From NCBI GenBank assembly GCA_965645245.1, contig OZ287067.1:2170001-2234000 (forward strand): DNA of 64,000 bases, written 5' to 3'. Below are positions 47,901 to 60,231 of the stretch, piece by piece (position 1 is the stretch's first letter; each line of letters opens with the position of its first letter). The position numbers were made by a program, and so were the translations under genes. The stretch comes from Massalongia carnosa. Taxonomy: Eukaryota. The notes beneath the pieces are model-generated. The model was not told the DNA's origin and made no database searches. It worked only from the letters and a program-made list of their open reading frames with translations.

Positions 47901-50709
47901 GAAATGAAACATAGTGGCAAAAGAAGCCGTGGAACCGAAGATTGCTATAACGGAAAAGCAAAGATTATGGAACATGCTAAGGCCGAGCTGACTCCAGTAC
48001 TGAATCTTCTCATAGCTCTCTATTATCATTCCTCTTTATATTTCCTACAAACCGTCTAGTCAAGAGCTAAGGGGTCTTCGCTGCTACTAGTGACCAACTC
48101 CCAAGAGCCTATTTGAGTAAGAGAACGCCTAAAGGCATAGTGGCCGCAAAAGACCGAATCGGAAGAATAATTTAGAAGGTTCTCCGCGATCTAGCTTCCT
48201 ACACCTCGATGGAGACGGCCTTGGGCCTCTGGAACACCAAGAAGATCAATCATTGAAACATTGAAGTCGACAATCCCAAATCATTTCTAATCGAGGCTCT
48301 CGTGGACTTTCGACGTCGATCTCTTCTATATCAAATCGATATTCACCATTGTACCTCATAGTGCACCTCTGCACGAATTTAGCGGCTAGGACGCTTCTTT
48401 TGAGAGCGTGGACTGCGGCTTATCAATCGGCGCGCAAGAGGTTGATGGCAACGGGTAGGAGATATAGGAAGACACTAAGTCGGTCGAGGGAAAATGAAAG
48501 AAGGTGATCCAGGATGCGACGCCGCAAGGCAACTGGTGAGGTTGGCCGTAGCACGAGCGAGATTCATAATGATTCGGTACGTTTTCTTGTACGAGAGCAA
48601 AGTATGTGGATGCGTGGCCAGCGACCATATGTACTAAATGGGGAACTGGAAACGTGGGGACATCTTGCAGCCACCAAGAGAATGAAAGTGTCGGCGTACC
48701 TAAGGAAGGACGCTTTCTCAGAAGCTTTCTGCGCTAGGAAGAAGCTTTCCGGAGAGCGTTGCTTGAGGCGCATTGGCAACGAAGCTGCTGTCCCGTATAA
48801 TAGGGGCTCTCTCCTGCGGGAACATTGGCAGAAGATGAACTTCGCACCGAATCGAAGTGTCTCAAAGCTAATGAGTCCTCACGGGGGTCCTTGCGAATAC
48901 AAAGGAAAGGATCTTAGGATGAGTATGCAGTTTGTGGCTACAGCGCCAGTGCCACCTTTCTCTCCGAGTCCGGCAAAAAAACAAAATCCTTTGCCGATTT
49001 CAAGTGTCTTTTTTTTATTGCGAATAGACATTTCTGTTGGAATAACCGCTTAGCCCTGTAGGCTACCATGACTGGTAGTTATAAGTAGTCACTTCCGTTG
49101 TAATTTCAACATTATGCCGGTAATTGTTTTATTTAAAAATTCCTTGAGCTGAGGAGCCAACTGCAAAAGCTATGAAGCATGTCGTCAAAGATCGACGATG
49201 TATGGATGGCGCCATCGAGGATCGACAAACCCGAACGCAAGAATCTCAGAAAACTAACAGGAAGAATCCCCGTCTTGGCTGAACACTCGAGCTGCAGGAA
49301 GGCTTTCTCTATACCGGAATCTCACTTGTTCGCCTAAGTTTGTTGGTTTTTGTTTCTTTGAAGAATTTCAATCAACCTGTACTCCGACTATAATGCATTT
49401 TACGCCGGAAACTGTAGGCTTGCTTTAGCGATGTCAGCAAAGGGGTTTCCTGGTGGATCGTTTTGGGAGGTTGTTGCCTTTATACATCGTTCAGAAATCT
49501 CAAGATTTTCCTCAGTAGAGAGATATCTGGGAGAAAGAGTGTACAATGTGCACATGCCTTTTCAGGTCGTCTTGCGTAATCTGGTGTCTTCAACAGGGAG
49601 TGGGCGAAGGAAAAACGAGAGGAGATATATAAAGTGACTGTTGCTGTTACTGGATGATGTAGTTAACGTTACGATAGCCATTATTTACTTTATGAACGTT
49701 ACTTTTCTATTTCTTTTTATAACTAACGCTTCATATGATACTGCTGCATTCATCTAAGATTGCGCGTTTCAACCCACAGAATTCCTTAGCAATCGGCGAG
49801 TTCTGACAAAAGAACCCAAGAAAAGCGCTGAACCAGTTTTCGTGATCGAGGATTACCATCGACCGCTTTCTCTGCCATGTTACTCAATCACGCCCTGGAC
49901 AGAGATGTGGAGAAGACCTTCAAAGGAAACTTGCAAAACGGGTTCAAGCCCTCACAAAAGTCTACCAACGAGGTACCTCTCTCCTTTTCCAAAAAAAAAT
50001 TTTTAAAAAAAAATTCGGCAGCCTAATCCTAGGACGAGGATGAGATTGTGGGATTCATATATACCCTTGCTTCCTTTTTATTTTTATTGTTTCAAACCCC
50101 CCCCAAATCACTTCCTTCCACGTAGTTAGGTACATGATAGTTCCTTCTCTCCCTTCCTCCCCCCTTCTTCTCCTTCCCTTTCTCTTTCCAAACACCAAAG
50201 ACAGAAAAGCGAAGAAAATAAAAATAAATCACTTTCGTACCTAACCGTTCCAAGCCCGAAGAGAAAGACCCTTCTGTCGAAAACCGCTCAAGACTGTATC
50301 TGTTTTTACGAAACCCCCCTCTCCCCTTTCCTTAATCGGCGTCTATGCTCGGGGGGTAAGAGAATTGAGTGAGAAATTTGCTGGAAAAAGGAAGAGTTGC
50401 GGTGGGTAGAGAGAGAATTAGCTTTGGGACGAGAAAAGCGGTTTTTTGTGGAGGGGAGGGGTTTTATTATTTCTACCATATAAAGATATATATTAAAACG
50501 AGGGTGGTGGTGGTTTGCCTCCCCGCCCCTCTCCTTGAATTGAATATAAAATAATATAAAAAACGACTTTTTTTTCAGTTTCCGTGTTTAGTGTTAGGTA
50601 GGAAGGGAATTACGGATATACCTACATCACGCTGCTTTTTTCCCCCTCTCCCCACCTCAAGACCTGCTGAAAAAAACATCGCTCCGTTAGCCAATCAATA
50701 GCCGCAAAT

Positions 50710-51645
50710 CTAAACTAGATATATCGCCAACGCCACGATCCCAACCCCCACCATGTTAATCCCTACCACCAGTGGAATCTGCGCTACAGCGGGACTGTGA
50801 TTCGCCTTTGGGGCTGGCCCGCCAGTGCTGCTGCTGCTTGGGGTTGAGGTTTGCGAGAGGTGCTTCGATGTGCTGGGCGAGGATGTTGGCGAGACGGTGG
50901 CAGATGCGGTAGCGGAGGCGGTGGCAGATGCGGTGGCAGATGCGGTGGCAGATGCGGTGGCAGATGCGGTGGCAGCGGCGGCGGCGGCGGATGCGGTGGC
51001 GGCGGTGGTCGCCGCGGTGATGGCGACGGGGAGGAAAGTCATATCTGAGGCACCCAGGGTTTCGGTGCGCGGGCTGACAGTTTCAGCGGCATTGCCGCGG
51101 AAGGTTCGCGTGCAGACGGCGGAGGTGCTGCCGTAGAGCTTGCAGTCCATAACTGCCGGGCTGGAAAGGGGGGGTTGGTTAGTGCCTTGGTTCTTCTTTC
51201 CATCTAGCAGGTTCACGAAGAAAGGGGAAGATGAAGACGGGGAGGGTCGCACAGAGAGCTTTCAGTGAACTCATAGTGTACGGTAGAGGGCCCTTCTACC
51301 AACGTGAACGGCTTAGGGAAGCTATCGTGATGGTAGGTCAGCCATTGCCTTTCCATTGTGGGCCAGATGCCTTTTACCCGCAATTAGTATCGGATGTAAC
51401 GGGACATTGGACGACGTAGGTCGTTGCCGATGGGCCCTAGGAGCCAAGGTCAGAGTCGTCTCGATGATAATAGAAAGCTATGAGAAGCATAAGGGATCTT
51501 GTACCACGCCTGCAACAGATCCGACTAGATTTTGGCGGTTTACGCCAGGAATGAACAAAGAGACGGTTTCTGTTGCTGCACTGGATGCTGATATTGGGAA
51601 TACGAGCAAGGCTATCAAGGACAGTATGGAGAGATAGTGATTCAT
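50710..51645 (-). CDS. Secreted, probably GPI-anchored Ser/Thr/Ala-rich cell-wall protein, 4 exons
   Basis: Signal peptide MNHYLSILSLIALLVFPISA; TVSLFIPG...LVGSVAGV|GPSATTYVVQC....NCG|FPKPFTLVEGPSTVHY|..MDCKLYGSTSAVCT...FLPVAITA; (ASAT)n stalk; hydrophobic C-terminus. Confidence 0.82.
50895..50975. repeat. 12-bp coding minisatellite (GCGGTGGCAGAT)n encoding (ASAT)n
   Basis: Tandem gcggtggcagat units inside the cell-wall protein gene. Confidence 0.85.
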
Positions 51646-54013
51646 GACGCGTTTTGTTTTATTCAAAATCAAAAACTCTGAAAAGAGTAAAGCGGTTGTA
51701 GCAAATCAAAGATGGAGTTGTTGTCAAATGGAACAAGACCTCGATATGGTGGAATGAATGAAGACTTGTTCGTGACGGACGTTGAACTGAAAACACAACC
51801 GAATTTTTTCAACCAGATTTTTCAACCAGACTAAACAGCACTAACAATAGTGCCATGGTGCCCACGATGCAAAACAGCCGCCTGAGCTGGGTCAAAACCG
51901 ACGTCTACACAGTATCCTTTGAAACGCCCTGATTGGTAAAGGATTACCGAGTCATTTGCTGTCGGCACTGGATGGATGTGCCGATCAGACGCTAACTCTG
52001 GAATAGCTAGGTAGAATCGTGCGGATCTTGGCAATTCGCCCAAACGGGAAGAAAAGTGAAGCCACTCGACAAGAACGAGATGGTTTGGCCACACATCACC
52101 ACGTGGGCGCAGGTACCCCTATGAAAAACACCCAAGATGACTAAGTAGATCCGCCCGCCAAGCACGCCGTCCCCTACCACGAAGAATGAACCCAGGCACT
52201 CAGGAAGGTCAATGACTGGTGTGACTGACGCAGGCGCGAACCTCCCAGGTGGGTGGAATCTTAATCATTATCGCCGAAGCGCCTGTGAAGTGACGAAGGA
52301 TCCAATAAGATCATCAACACCAGATTAGATCGTAACTTGCGGTAATCGCCTCTGGAGCAAGGAACGAAGGCTTGGAGGGGTCTTGATAATGGCTTCACGC
52401 GTGGGCTTGCCTGTTTTCCTGTTGGGGTGAGCACGGAGCATGGGCTTTTGGACCTGAGATAGGTGTTCGTGTTCGTGTTCGTTTCTTTTCCCTCGTGGGC
52501 TTATACTGGGCTGGACAAGTGGTAGGGATTTCTGATCAACCCTCTGTATAATCTCCTCATTCTTCCAATTAAAGGATCATGGAATGTGGTGATCATCGTT
52601 ACGATTTGACATTTGAATTGGTCTGTCAATATTGTAATCCTAGGGGTTCATGGGGTAATTGTTCTGTGTACGAAGTATGACTTTGGTGACGAAGTCCTAC
52701 CAGGCAAAAGGCACAGACTAAGCTCTACTAGGCACTCGGTATCGCTAGTTATGTACAGAGTAGTTGTTCGTGCTATTTTCCCCCAATATCCATGATCCCA
52801 TCAACAACGAAAGTGTTTGTAACTTCAGTTAAGGAACTTCCATCACGGAAAGCCATACCTACGGCTCCCCCTGGAAGTGGGAAATACATACCATCATAAG
52901 TTCTACCTATGAAGTCCTAGTTAATCAATCTAATGCAGCTTAGACGCAGGAGAATGCAGGATTCTTTTCCTTTACAAGCCGTTGACCACGATGATTGGTC
53001 GGGTATGTACAGAGTATTCTGCCCCCACAGAAGACAAGGTTGAACGCAAGGTCTTTTTCCATAGATTGTTCCGGGGCTCTAGTGTCTGCTGGTCGATTTG
53101 TCATGGTAGGGGTGAAGCTTAAAAAGACGTGCATAGGGCAGATGCACAAAGCCACTTGTGTCAGTGCCAGTCTACGATGCATGACTATGTCAACCGGTGG
53201 ATTTGGTTCTCGATTTGGGTCAGCCTTCTTTTGCTCAACGACTTCAGTTCTAATTGCGAGTTTTTCTCCTTTTCTGGTGCTCAATACTCTCCATAGTCCG
53301 CCACGGATCATTAGCAGATCTCATGTTTGTTGATAAACTAGTAATGCATTGGAAGCCAAAGCCACTGATATTCTAGGTATCTGCGTGATAGATCAAGATT
53401 TGCAGCTTAAAGGGCCCATGTATTAACCATGAGTACCTTCAGTTTCCTTGAAGACGTCAAGGCCGACGATGTAGCATAGCTGCCTCGCCAAAAAGGTCCA
53501 AAGAAGCGGTGCTCAACCCAAAGGAACCGACCTAGCTATTCAAGAAATCGCGTGGGGATCTTTGAGTTCAACCCACGATTTATGCAGCCTTGCAATAAAT
53601 ATGCGTAGCTACTATACACCGCTCGATCCTATGCGAGCTAGCCGAGTAGAATGCATGGCACAGAGAGTACTATGGTAGGCTCACAATGCTGTGTGCTCTG
53701 TAGGGTAATCTAAAACTCGAGGGCATTGTGACATGTATGCTTATCCCCTACCGTTGACAATAGTCAAAAGACTCATCAAAGAGATTCTCACTTTTCTTAA
53801 TAGCTTACTTTCCCAGAGGCCTAACGATCATATTAGATTCAAGTAAAGAAAGTCAATGCATAACTGATGCAACGTCGAGAAGCATGAGAGTCAAAATGTG
53901 TATTAACATAGGTTGACCTATATCATTGGGGTGGTGGCAGGATCACGCGGCTCACCAGGATTCTAATTGAATTTTTCGTGGAGTTGCAGGGAGAAAGACC
54001 ATTTTAAAAGGTA

Positions 54014-54058
54014 ACAGAGTACAGAGTACAGAGTACAGAGTGACAGAGTACAGAGTAC
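54014..54058. repeat. (ACAGAGT)n heptamer tandem repeat
   Basis: acagagtacagagtacagagtacagagtgacagagtacagagtac. Confidence 0.85.
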
Positions 54059-55202
54059 ATGTACGGAAAAACTCAACGTTGCTGACGCCGCATGATGTAG
54101 ATAGTACTAGGGTGGTGTGTTCTAGACTACACAGTAGATATGTGCTAAATAGAGCTGTAGTGGGATGGGCATCCTGCTACCGCCAACGTTCAAATCCCCC
54201 CTTTTTGTTTCTCTACCCCATTGGAATACATGCAGTAGTGGTAGGATTAGTAAGCAGGCGGGAATAAGGTGCTGTGCAGTTATAATGCACTGGTTTGCTG
54301 CATTCCAACATGTCTTGCATGATTAGCCTTATTCAACAGCATCCGGCACCAATGAGAACATATCGTCGGATTGGTACATACGTAGCCTTAAGACCAATTC
54401 TGGAATCCTCGAAGCAAGGGAAGAGCTTGTGCGTGTTTACTCTGTCTTCTGTACGGTATCAGAAGCTGAATGGGTTGTTCACGCTGGATCTATTTCAGCC
54501 ACATACCTGTCAAAGGTCTGTCGTCCTTGAAACCGCTTAAGGATTATAGATACTTTTTTTTTTTGGGTTCCATCCCTGTCTTCTAGATGTATTGGTGTGA
54601 TCCTACCTGCAAGCCACAGCATGCACCGAAAATCAATACGACAATGAAGTGGTAAGACAGAAGAGGGTCGCGGGACTCCCAAGCTGAACTTGCTTGTCGA
54701 TCTGCCGTTATCATTTACTCTGAGCCGGTTAGACCTTTTTCACCCTCCAATCGCGATAATGCGGGTCAAGATATTGAGCCTGCTTGCGCTTCCAGTTCTG
54801 GATATGATCTTGAATAGAGATTGTAGGACTGGTGCAATGTCCTCCATGCAGAACATAATCCATTCCTAAAAGGAAATCCTTTTAGGAATTCGATGCATTT
54901 GCTTTCTTCTAATTTGTCCCTTGATGGGCCAATAATATTTGGTCCTCAGCCTTCCCAGCCAGGCCGATACTGTTATAACTGCATGCATACTGTCGACGAG
55001 TCTTGTCGGCGAAACTCAATCTCGAATCTGTGGCAAAACCTTTCCCAGGGGGCGATGCTATTAAGATGACCTTCTAGCTCTTTCAACTTTGCTTCACCAC
55101 CAAGCGGCAGCGGCAAGCCCTCACTCTTTGAACGCCCAAAGACTTGATCTCAAGGCTCTGTTATATTTGACAAGGCGCCTTGGTTCACGAATTCTTATCG
55201 CT

Positions 55203-56660
55203 ATGGCTACTTCCAAGGAAATCAAATATCAGCTTGCTCACTTCGATCAGGACAGGTCGCACGCACTTATCGCATCACATGCGATATGCCTCACCCTTGC
55301 TGGCGCCTTTGTTGCCCTTCGGTTGATTTCGCGGCGAATGGCGAAGGCATCAATTCAAGCTGATGATATCATGATCATTGTGGCGTTTGTAAGCTACCCT
55401 TTATGCAAAACAAGATTGTGGTGGATAAGCTTTTCTCGAAGGATTCTTTAAATAAACTGCCTTTTGTGTATTTCCTACCTATAATTCTACCGAAGCTGAG
55501 CTTACGGGTAGATACTGATTAATACTCACTAGATTCTTGCGGCGGGGGAAGTCACCACCACTATGATGTGTAGGTCTTTCATTGTTCATCCACTTTCGCT
55601 ACTCTAAACGGCATTCCACAGGCGTACGAGCTGGAGGGGGAAAGCATGCCGTTCGTCTTTCTGATCCTAAAATATATGCGAAGGTGTGTTCGATTTCCGC
55701 CCATCGCCTTTTCCCATGTAAGCTAATAGATCTGTCCAATGAAGTCAACTTTAGCTACAGAAGCATTGTATGTGCCGGGAATTGCTGCAGTGAAATTCTC
55801 TGTACTGTTGCTCTACGGCCGCGTCTTCCCCGATCGCCAGTTCCGTGCCATTCTTTGGGGCGTTGGTGGCTTCATATCCATCTACAGCATTATCCTCTTC
55901 TTCAGCGTCATCTTCCAATGCATTCCCATTCGGAGGGCGTGGGATTTCACCGTACCGGCTACATGCATCAACCTGGGCCTCGAAATCTTGATTATGAGTG
56001 CTTTGAATGCAGCTACGGATTTTGTCACTCTCTGCCTACCTTTGCCACTGTTGTGGAAGCTTCAGGTGCATAAGCAGCGGAAGATTCAGCTTTTTGCTGT
56101 GTTTTTGCTTGGTGGCTTGTAGGTTGGCCCCAGTCTGCAAAACGAAGTGTCACCATAAATGTGCTGATCGCTTGGGTCAAGCGTGTGTATTGTGAGCTTA
56201 TATCGCACCACTAAGGTGCTTTCTTCAGCCTCTATGTCCGGGTGGCTATTTCCGGCTAACCATTTCTAGGTACATACCATCAGCCTTGATGATGCGCCAT
56301 GTCAGTATCCTTCGAACCGAAATGGATACCGCTGGATAGAATCTAATATGAATACAAGGGTCCGACGTGGACGGAGCAATCTGGTCCATAGTTGAAGTCT
56401 GCGTTGGAATCATCTCCGCATCGCTTCCAGTCCTCCGCCCTATCTTCAACGAATTCGGCAACCTCCATTCAAGACTCAACACACCGCAGGGATCCCGCCA
56501 TCCTCAAAGCACTAATAGTCTCATGATGAGGTCGTCTAAGACCTCATGGCCGGGTGTAAAACATTCAAGGCCGAACACCAGCGATGAAGGGATATTGTTT
56601 ACACATTTGCCTAGTTCAACGGATGTGGAGAGTAACAGAGGAACTGGAACCCAGTATTGA
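55203..56660 (+). CDS. PTH11-like integral membrane protein (fungal rhodopsin domain, no CFEM), about 7 exons
   Basis: FVALRLISRR......ADDIMIIVA, GGGKH, VKFSVLLLYGRVF, IFQCIPIRRAWD...TC, NAATDFVTLCLPLPLLWKLQ...RKIQLFAVFLLG, WSIVEVCVGIISASLPVLRPIF; introns restore a continuous frame. Confidence 0.9.
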
Positions 56661-56969
56661 GATTTTCAAAAGGGGAGTTATATGATCTTAATGAAGTAGT
56701 CCATTAACTGTATAGAGACTTTATAACGACAGTAATCACTTAACCATTGATGCTGAAGACTAAATATAGCTTAAAAATATGAAACATGACTCTTGAAGCT
56801 ACAAATCCATCACCGAAGGTTTAAGAATGCTGCTGTTGTTAACCCCCCTTCTCAGCGCTGCTGCCCTGTTGAAGATCCTAGTCACGTGATCATAAAGCCA
56901 TCTCGGGACCGGAAATGAGGTAAATAACCAATGTTACAACACGCACGATAGTCGACTGTAAACGTGGGC

Positions 56970-59477
56970 ATGAGCGCTTTTTCTCCTCGATCGGCGAAAA
57001 GGCAAAAGCTATCTAGCCCGGAATCACCCAGCTTACCTTCGTCTACTCGGTCTTTGCGATCAAGAAAGTCAGCTCCGGGAGGAAATCCATTGACTAGGCT
57101 TACCAAAAGTTCTCCCAGTATCAATAGCATTACAAACGGAATAGCAGTGACTCATGTGGAGCAAGGCCCGTCAAATAAGTCTCAGAGCAATGGCCATGTA
57201 GATGCACGCAACACACCCTTAAGTCACCAATCACCCATAGCGCAAGAGGACGCCGCCGATATAGAGGTGGGGGTCGGAGCTACACCAAAGGGGCAGCGCA
57301 AAGGAGATTTGAGCAATGCGTCAAGGAGAAATACTGTGGAAGCGGATTCGCAGACCGATGCTTTTGACGTCCAGGATACACCGTCAAGGCGAAAGAGGAA
57401 GAGATACAAGGCTTCCCCGGTATCTCAAGGGCAGAACGATAGTGAAACGATGGACAAAGCTCAGGGCACCGCTTGCTCGTCCGTTGATGTGCAGCAGCCT
57501 CTCCCTGGGATTAAGAAGGGCAATGGGAGAAGTTCTGAAGCGCCAAACCAACCAGAAGACAACGCAGTCACGGAGAATGGTCCTGATTCTAGGCAATCAG
57601 AACACCAGCAAACCTTGCCTGATACTGGAGACGCAAGCAATCGTGTGGAGGGGCAGCCTAGAGGGAAAAGACCTGATCAGCTGTACAATGAGCTCTCGGA
57701 AGGCAGAACACGTCGGAAATCTCGACGTAATCCAATTGAGATAAAGAAAGCCACAAAAACTGGCCCACCTCCAACTACTACACCTAGGTCTGGTCGAAAA
57801 CGAGGTCGCCCACGAAAATTCGTTCCAACGGCTGGGGCCTCACAAGATGAAGCGAAGGATGAGTTGAGCTTGGAGCAAGGTCTAGCAAAAAACGCAACGC
57901 CCCATGCCTCGATGACTTCTCCTCAAGTGAGCGAAGGTTCCGTAGGCGATGAGCTGGGTTCTGGATTCTTAGCACCCGCTGTACTTAGTACTCCGGTGAA
58001 GGAAGGTCGTGATACTACAAAAGCGATGAAGCATGTTGAATCCCTACTTAATGCAGATACCTCAATACCAACCGCAGACCCCATATTAGACGAAGAAGCT
58101 CCACAATCCTTTAAGAGCGCTGCTGCAGGACTTCAACGCCTCCTATTGAAGGACGACACAAGCTCGTTGATGACTCTCAAAGCAGAGCTTCTAGACGGTT
58201 TGACTGGCAAGCGACGTCTTCCGCTCGTGAATCTGGACCAAGAATACAAAAAAGTACATCAGCTTGTGGAGCAGACCGTGTTGGCTGGAGAAGGGAACTC
58301 GGCGCTGATCATTGGTTCTCGGGGCACAGCCAAGACGACTCTTGTGGAGACTGTAATTTCCAATTTATCGCATGACCATCGAGATGTATTCCATGTGGTC
58401 CGACTTAATGGCTTCATCCACACCGACGACAAACTAGCCCTACGTGAGATCTGGCGTCAACTCGGCCGAGAAATGGAAGTCGAGGACGACAGCATGGGGG
58501 CAAGAAACAACTACGCAGACACCTTAACATCTCTGTTGGCGCTCCTTGCCCACCCTGCCGAAGGATCTGGAGAAGCGCCCCACCAGACTGCGAAATCTGT
58601 CGTTTTCGTGCTCGACGAGTTCGATCTGTTCGTCTCCCATCCCCGGCAAACGCTCCTGTACAACCTTTTCGACGTAGCCCAGTCACGCAACGCGCCCATC
58701 ATCGTCCTCGGGCTCACAACCCGAGTCGACGTGGTCGAGAGCATGGAAAAACGCGTCAAGAGCCGCTTCGGACAGCGCTACATTCATCTCTCCCTCCCCC
58801 GCACCCTGGCTTCCTTCCGCGCCATCTGCAAGTCTGCTCTCATACCCCAGTCCAACATTTCCTGCCGTCTGTCCCACTCTAATTCCCAACCTCTCTTCGC
58901 GGCATGGACGGCCTACGTCCATGCCCTCTTCGCGCACGACCCTGCCCTTCAATCCGTCCTCGAAACCCTCTTCTCCCTCTCCAAGTCCATCTCCGCCTTC
59001 CTCACCGCCGCTTACCTCTCCATTTCCACCCTCTCCCCAACCCACCTCCCCTCCTTTCCCCCCCACCCGCTCCTCCACCCCCCAGACTCCAAACTGCACC
59101 TCCTCCCCTCCCTCCCCGACGCCGACCTCGCCCTCCTCATCGCCGCCGCCCGCCTGGACATCATCCTCGACGCCGACAACACCTGCACCTTCGGCATGGC
59201 CTACGACGAATACGCCACCCTGGCTGGAAACTTCAAGGCTGCCAGCAGCGCCGCGGGGCAGACGGCCGTGGGTGGAGCCGCGCGCGTCTGGAGCCGCGAG
59301 GTGGCGAGGGAGGCGTGGGAAAGACTGATTGCTTTGGAGCTCCTGCTGCCTGCAACCGGGGGGGCGGCCGGGAAGGGCGGAGCGGGCATGTGGCGGGTGG
59401 ACGTTGCGCTGGAGGAGATCGCGCCCAGCGTGCCGGGCCTGGGAGGCGCCATGGCAAAGTGGTGTCTGGAGATCTGA
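56970..59477 (+). CDS. ORC4: Origin recognition complex subunit 4 (AAA+), single exon, with N-terminal AT-hook
   Basis: LVEQTVLAGEGNSALIIGSRGTAKT, VVRLNGFIHTDDKLALREIWRQLG, FVLDEFDLFVSHPRQTLLYNLFD, EKRVKSRF; AT-hook RKRGRPRK. Confidence 0.96.
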   Translation: MSAFSPRSAKRQKLSSPESPSLPSSTRSLRSRKSAPGGNPLTRLTKSSPSINSITNGIAVTHVEQGPSNKSQSNGHVDARNTPLSHQSPIAQEDAADIEVGVGATPKGQRKGDLSNASRRNTVEADSQTDAFDVQDTPSRRKRKRYKASPVSQGQNDSETMDKAQGTACSSVDVQQPLPGIKKGNGRSSEAPNQPEDNAVTENGPDSRQSEHQQTLPDTGDASNRVEGQPRGKRPDQLYNELSEGRTRRKSRRNPIEIKKATKTGPPPTTTPRSGRKRGRPRKFVPTAGASQDEAKDELSLEQGLAKNATPHASMTSPQVSEGSVGDELGSGFLAPAVLSTPVKEGRDTTKAMKHVESLLNADTSIPTADPILDEEAPQSFKSAAAGLQRLLLKDDTSSLMTLKAELLDGLTGKRRLPLVNLDQEYKKVHQLVEQTVLAGEGNSALIIGSRGTAKTTLVETVISNLSHDHRDVFHVVRLNGFIHTDDKLALREIWRQLGREMEVEDDSMGARNNYADTLTSLLALLAHPAEGSGEAPHQTAKSVVFVLDEFDLFVSHPRQTLLYNLFDVAQSRNAPIIVLGLTTRVDVVESMEKRVKSRFGQRYIHLSLPRTLASFRAICKSALIPQSNISCRLSHSNSQPLFAAWTAYVHALFAHDPALQSVLETLFSLSKSISAFLTAAYLSISTLSPTHLPSFPPHPLLHPPDSKLHLLPSLPDADLALLIAAARLDIILDADNTCTFGMAYDEYATLAGNFKAASSAAGQTAVGGAARVWSREVAREAWERLIALELLLPATGGAAGKGGAGMWRVDVALEEIAPSVPGLGGAMAKWCLEI

Positions 59478-60022
59478 CGACATGGGCCGCCGAAGGGGAA
59501 CGAACACCTCGATCTCTTTTATCTTCCCGGTATTTGTTATCATCCTCATCAACTTCTTCTTCACAACCACCGTTATCGCCACTGGGAAATCTATCTATCT
59601 ATGCATCCTCCCTCTCCGTTTTCCCCTCTCTCCCCACCCCGTACGTACCCAGTCCCCGCCATAATCAGCTACGGAAAAGATCGAGACACGGAGAGCAAGA
59701 TTCAAGTACGTAACTATGTAACTACTTAGCTAGGCTAGGCTAGGCTACAGTGCCGAAACGGAAACGGGAAAGGAATAGGAAAAGGCGCCTTCAGCGGATT
59801 GGGGTATGGGGGGAAGGGGGAGGGTTATTAAAGAGTATATATATGGAGATGGAGATTTACGGGTGAATTTGGGATTTGGGGTTTTTCTGGGGTTTCTGGT
59901 ACGGGGTACGGGGTGCGGGGATTAATGGAAAGCTGTGTTTATTAACAAATATGTACGTGTGTAGGTATGATATCCCATGTTCTGGTTTTCCGGACCTCGA
60001 CCCGGCAAATCGCCCCACGGTT

Positions 60023-60188
60023 TTACCACATGAAGCGCTGCACCTTCCCCGGTTCCTGCGGCCACCCGAACCCCCAGCGAAGAAACACGTAGCCGGTGGC
60101 CCAGTTGAGGGCCAGGAACCAGAGCGTTTCAAGCCAGAGGCGGTGGTCGTGGTGGGCGTAGAGGATCGCACGGATAGTGGTGTTCGGG

Positions 60189-60231
<43 letters not shown>

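Noticed and set aside
45000..50600. Gene in the 5.6-kb gap after the M3 peptidase (e.g. ORF 48514-49053)
   Set aside because: No recognisable domain or exon chain; treated as intergenic.
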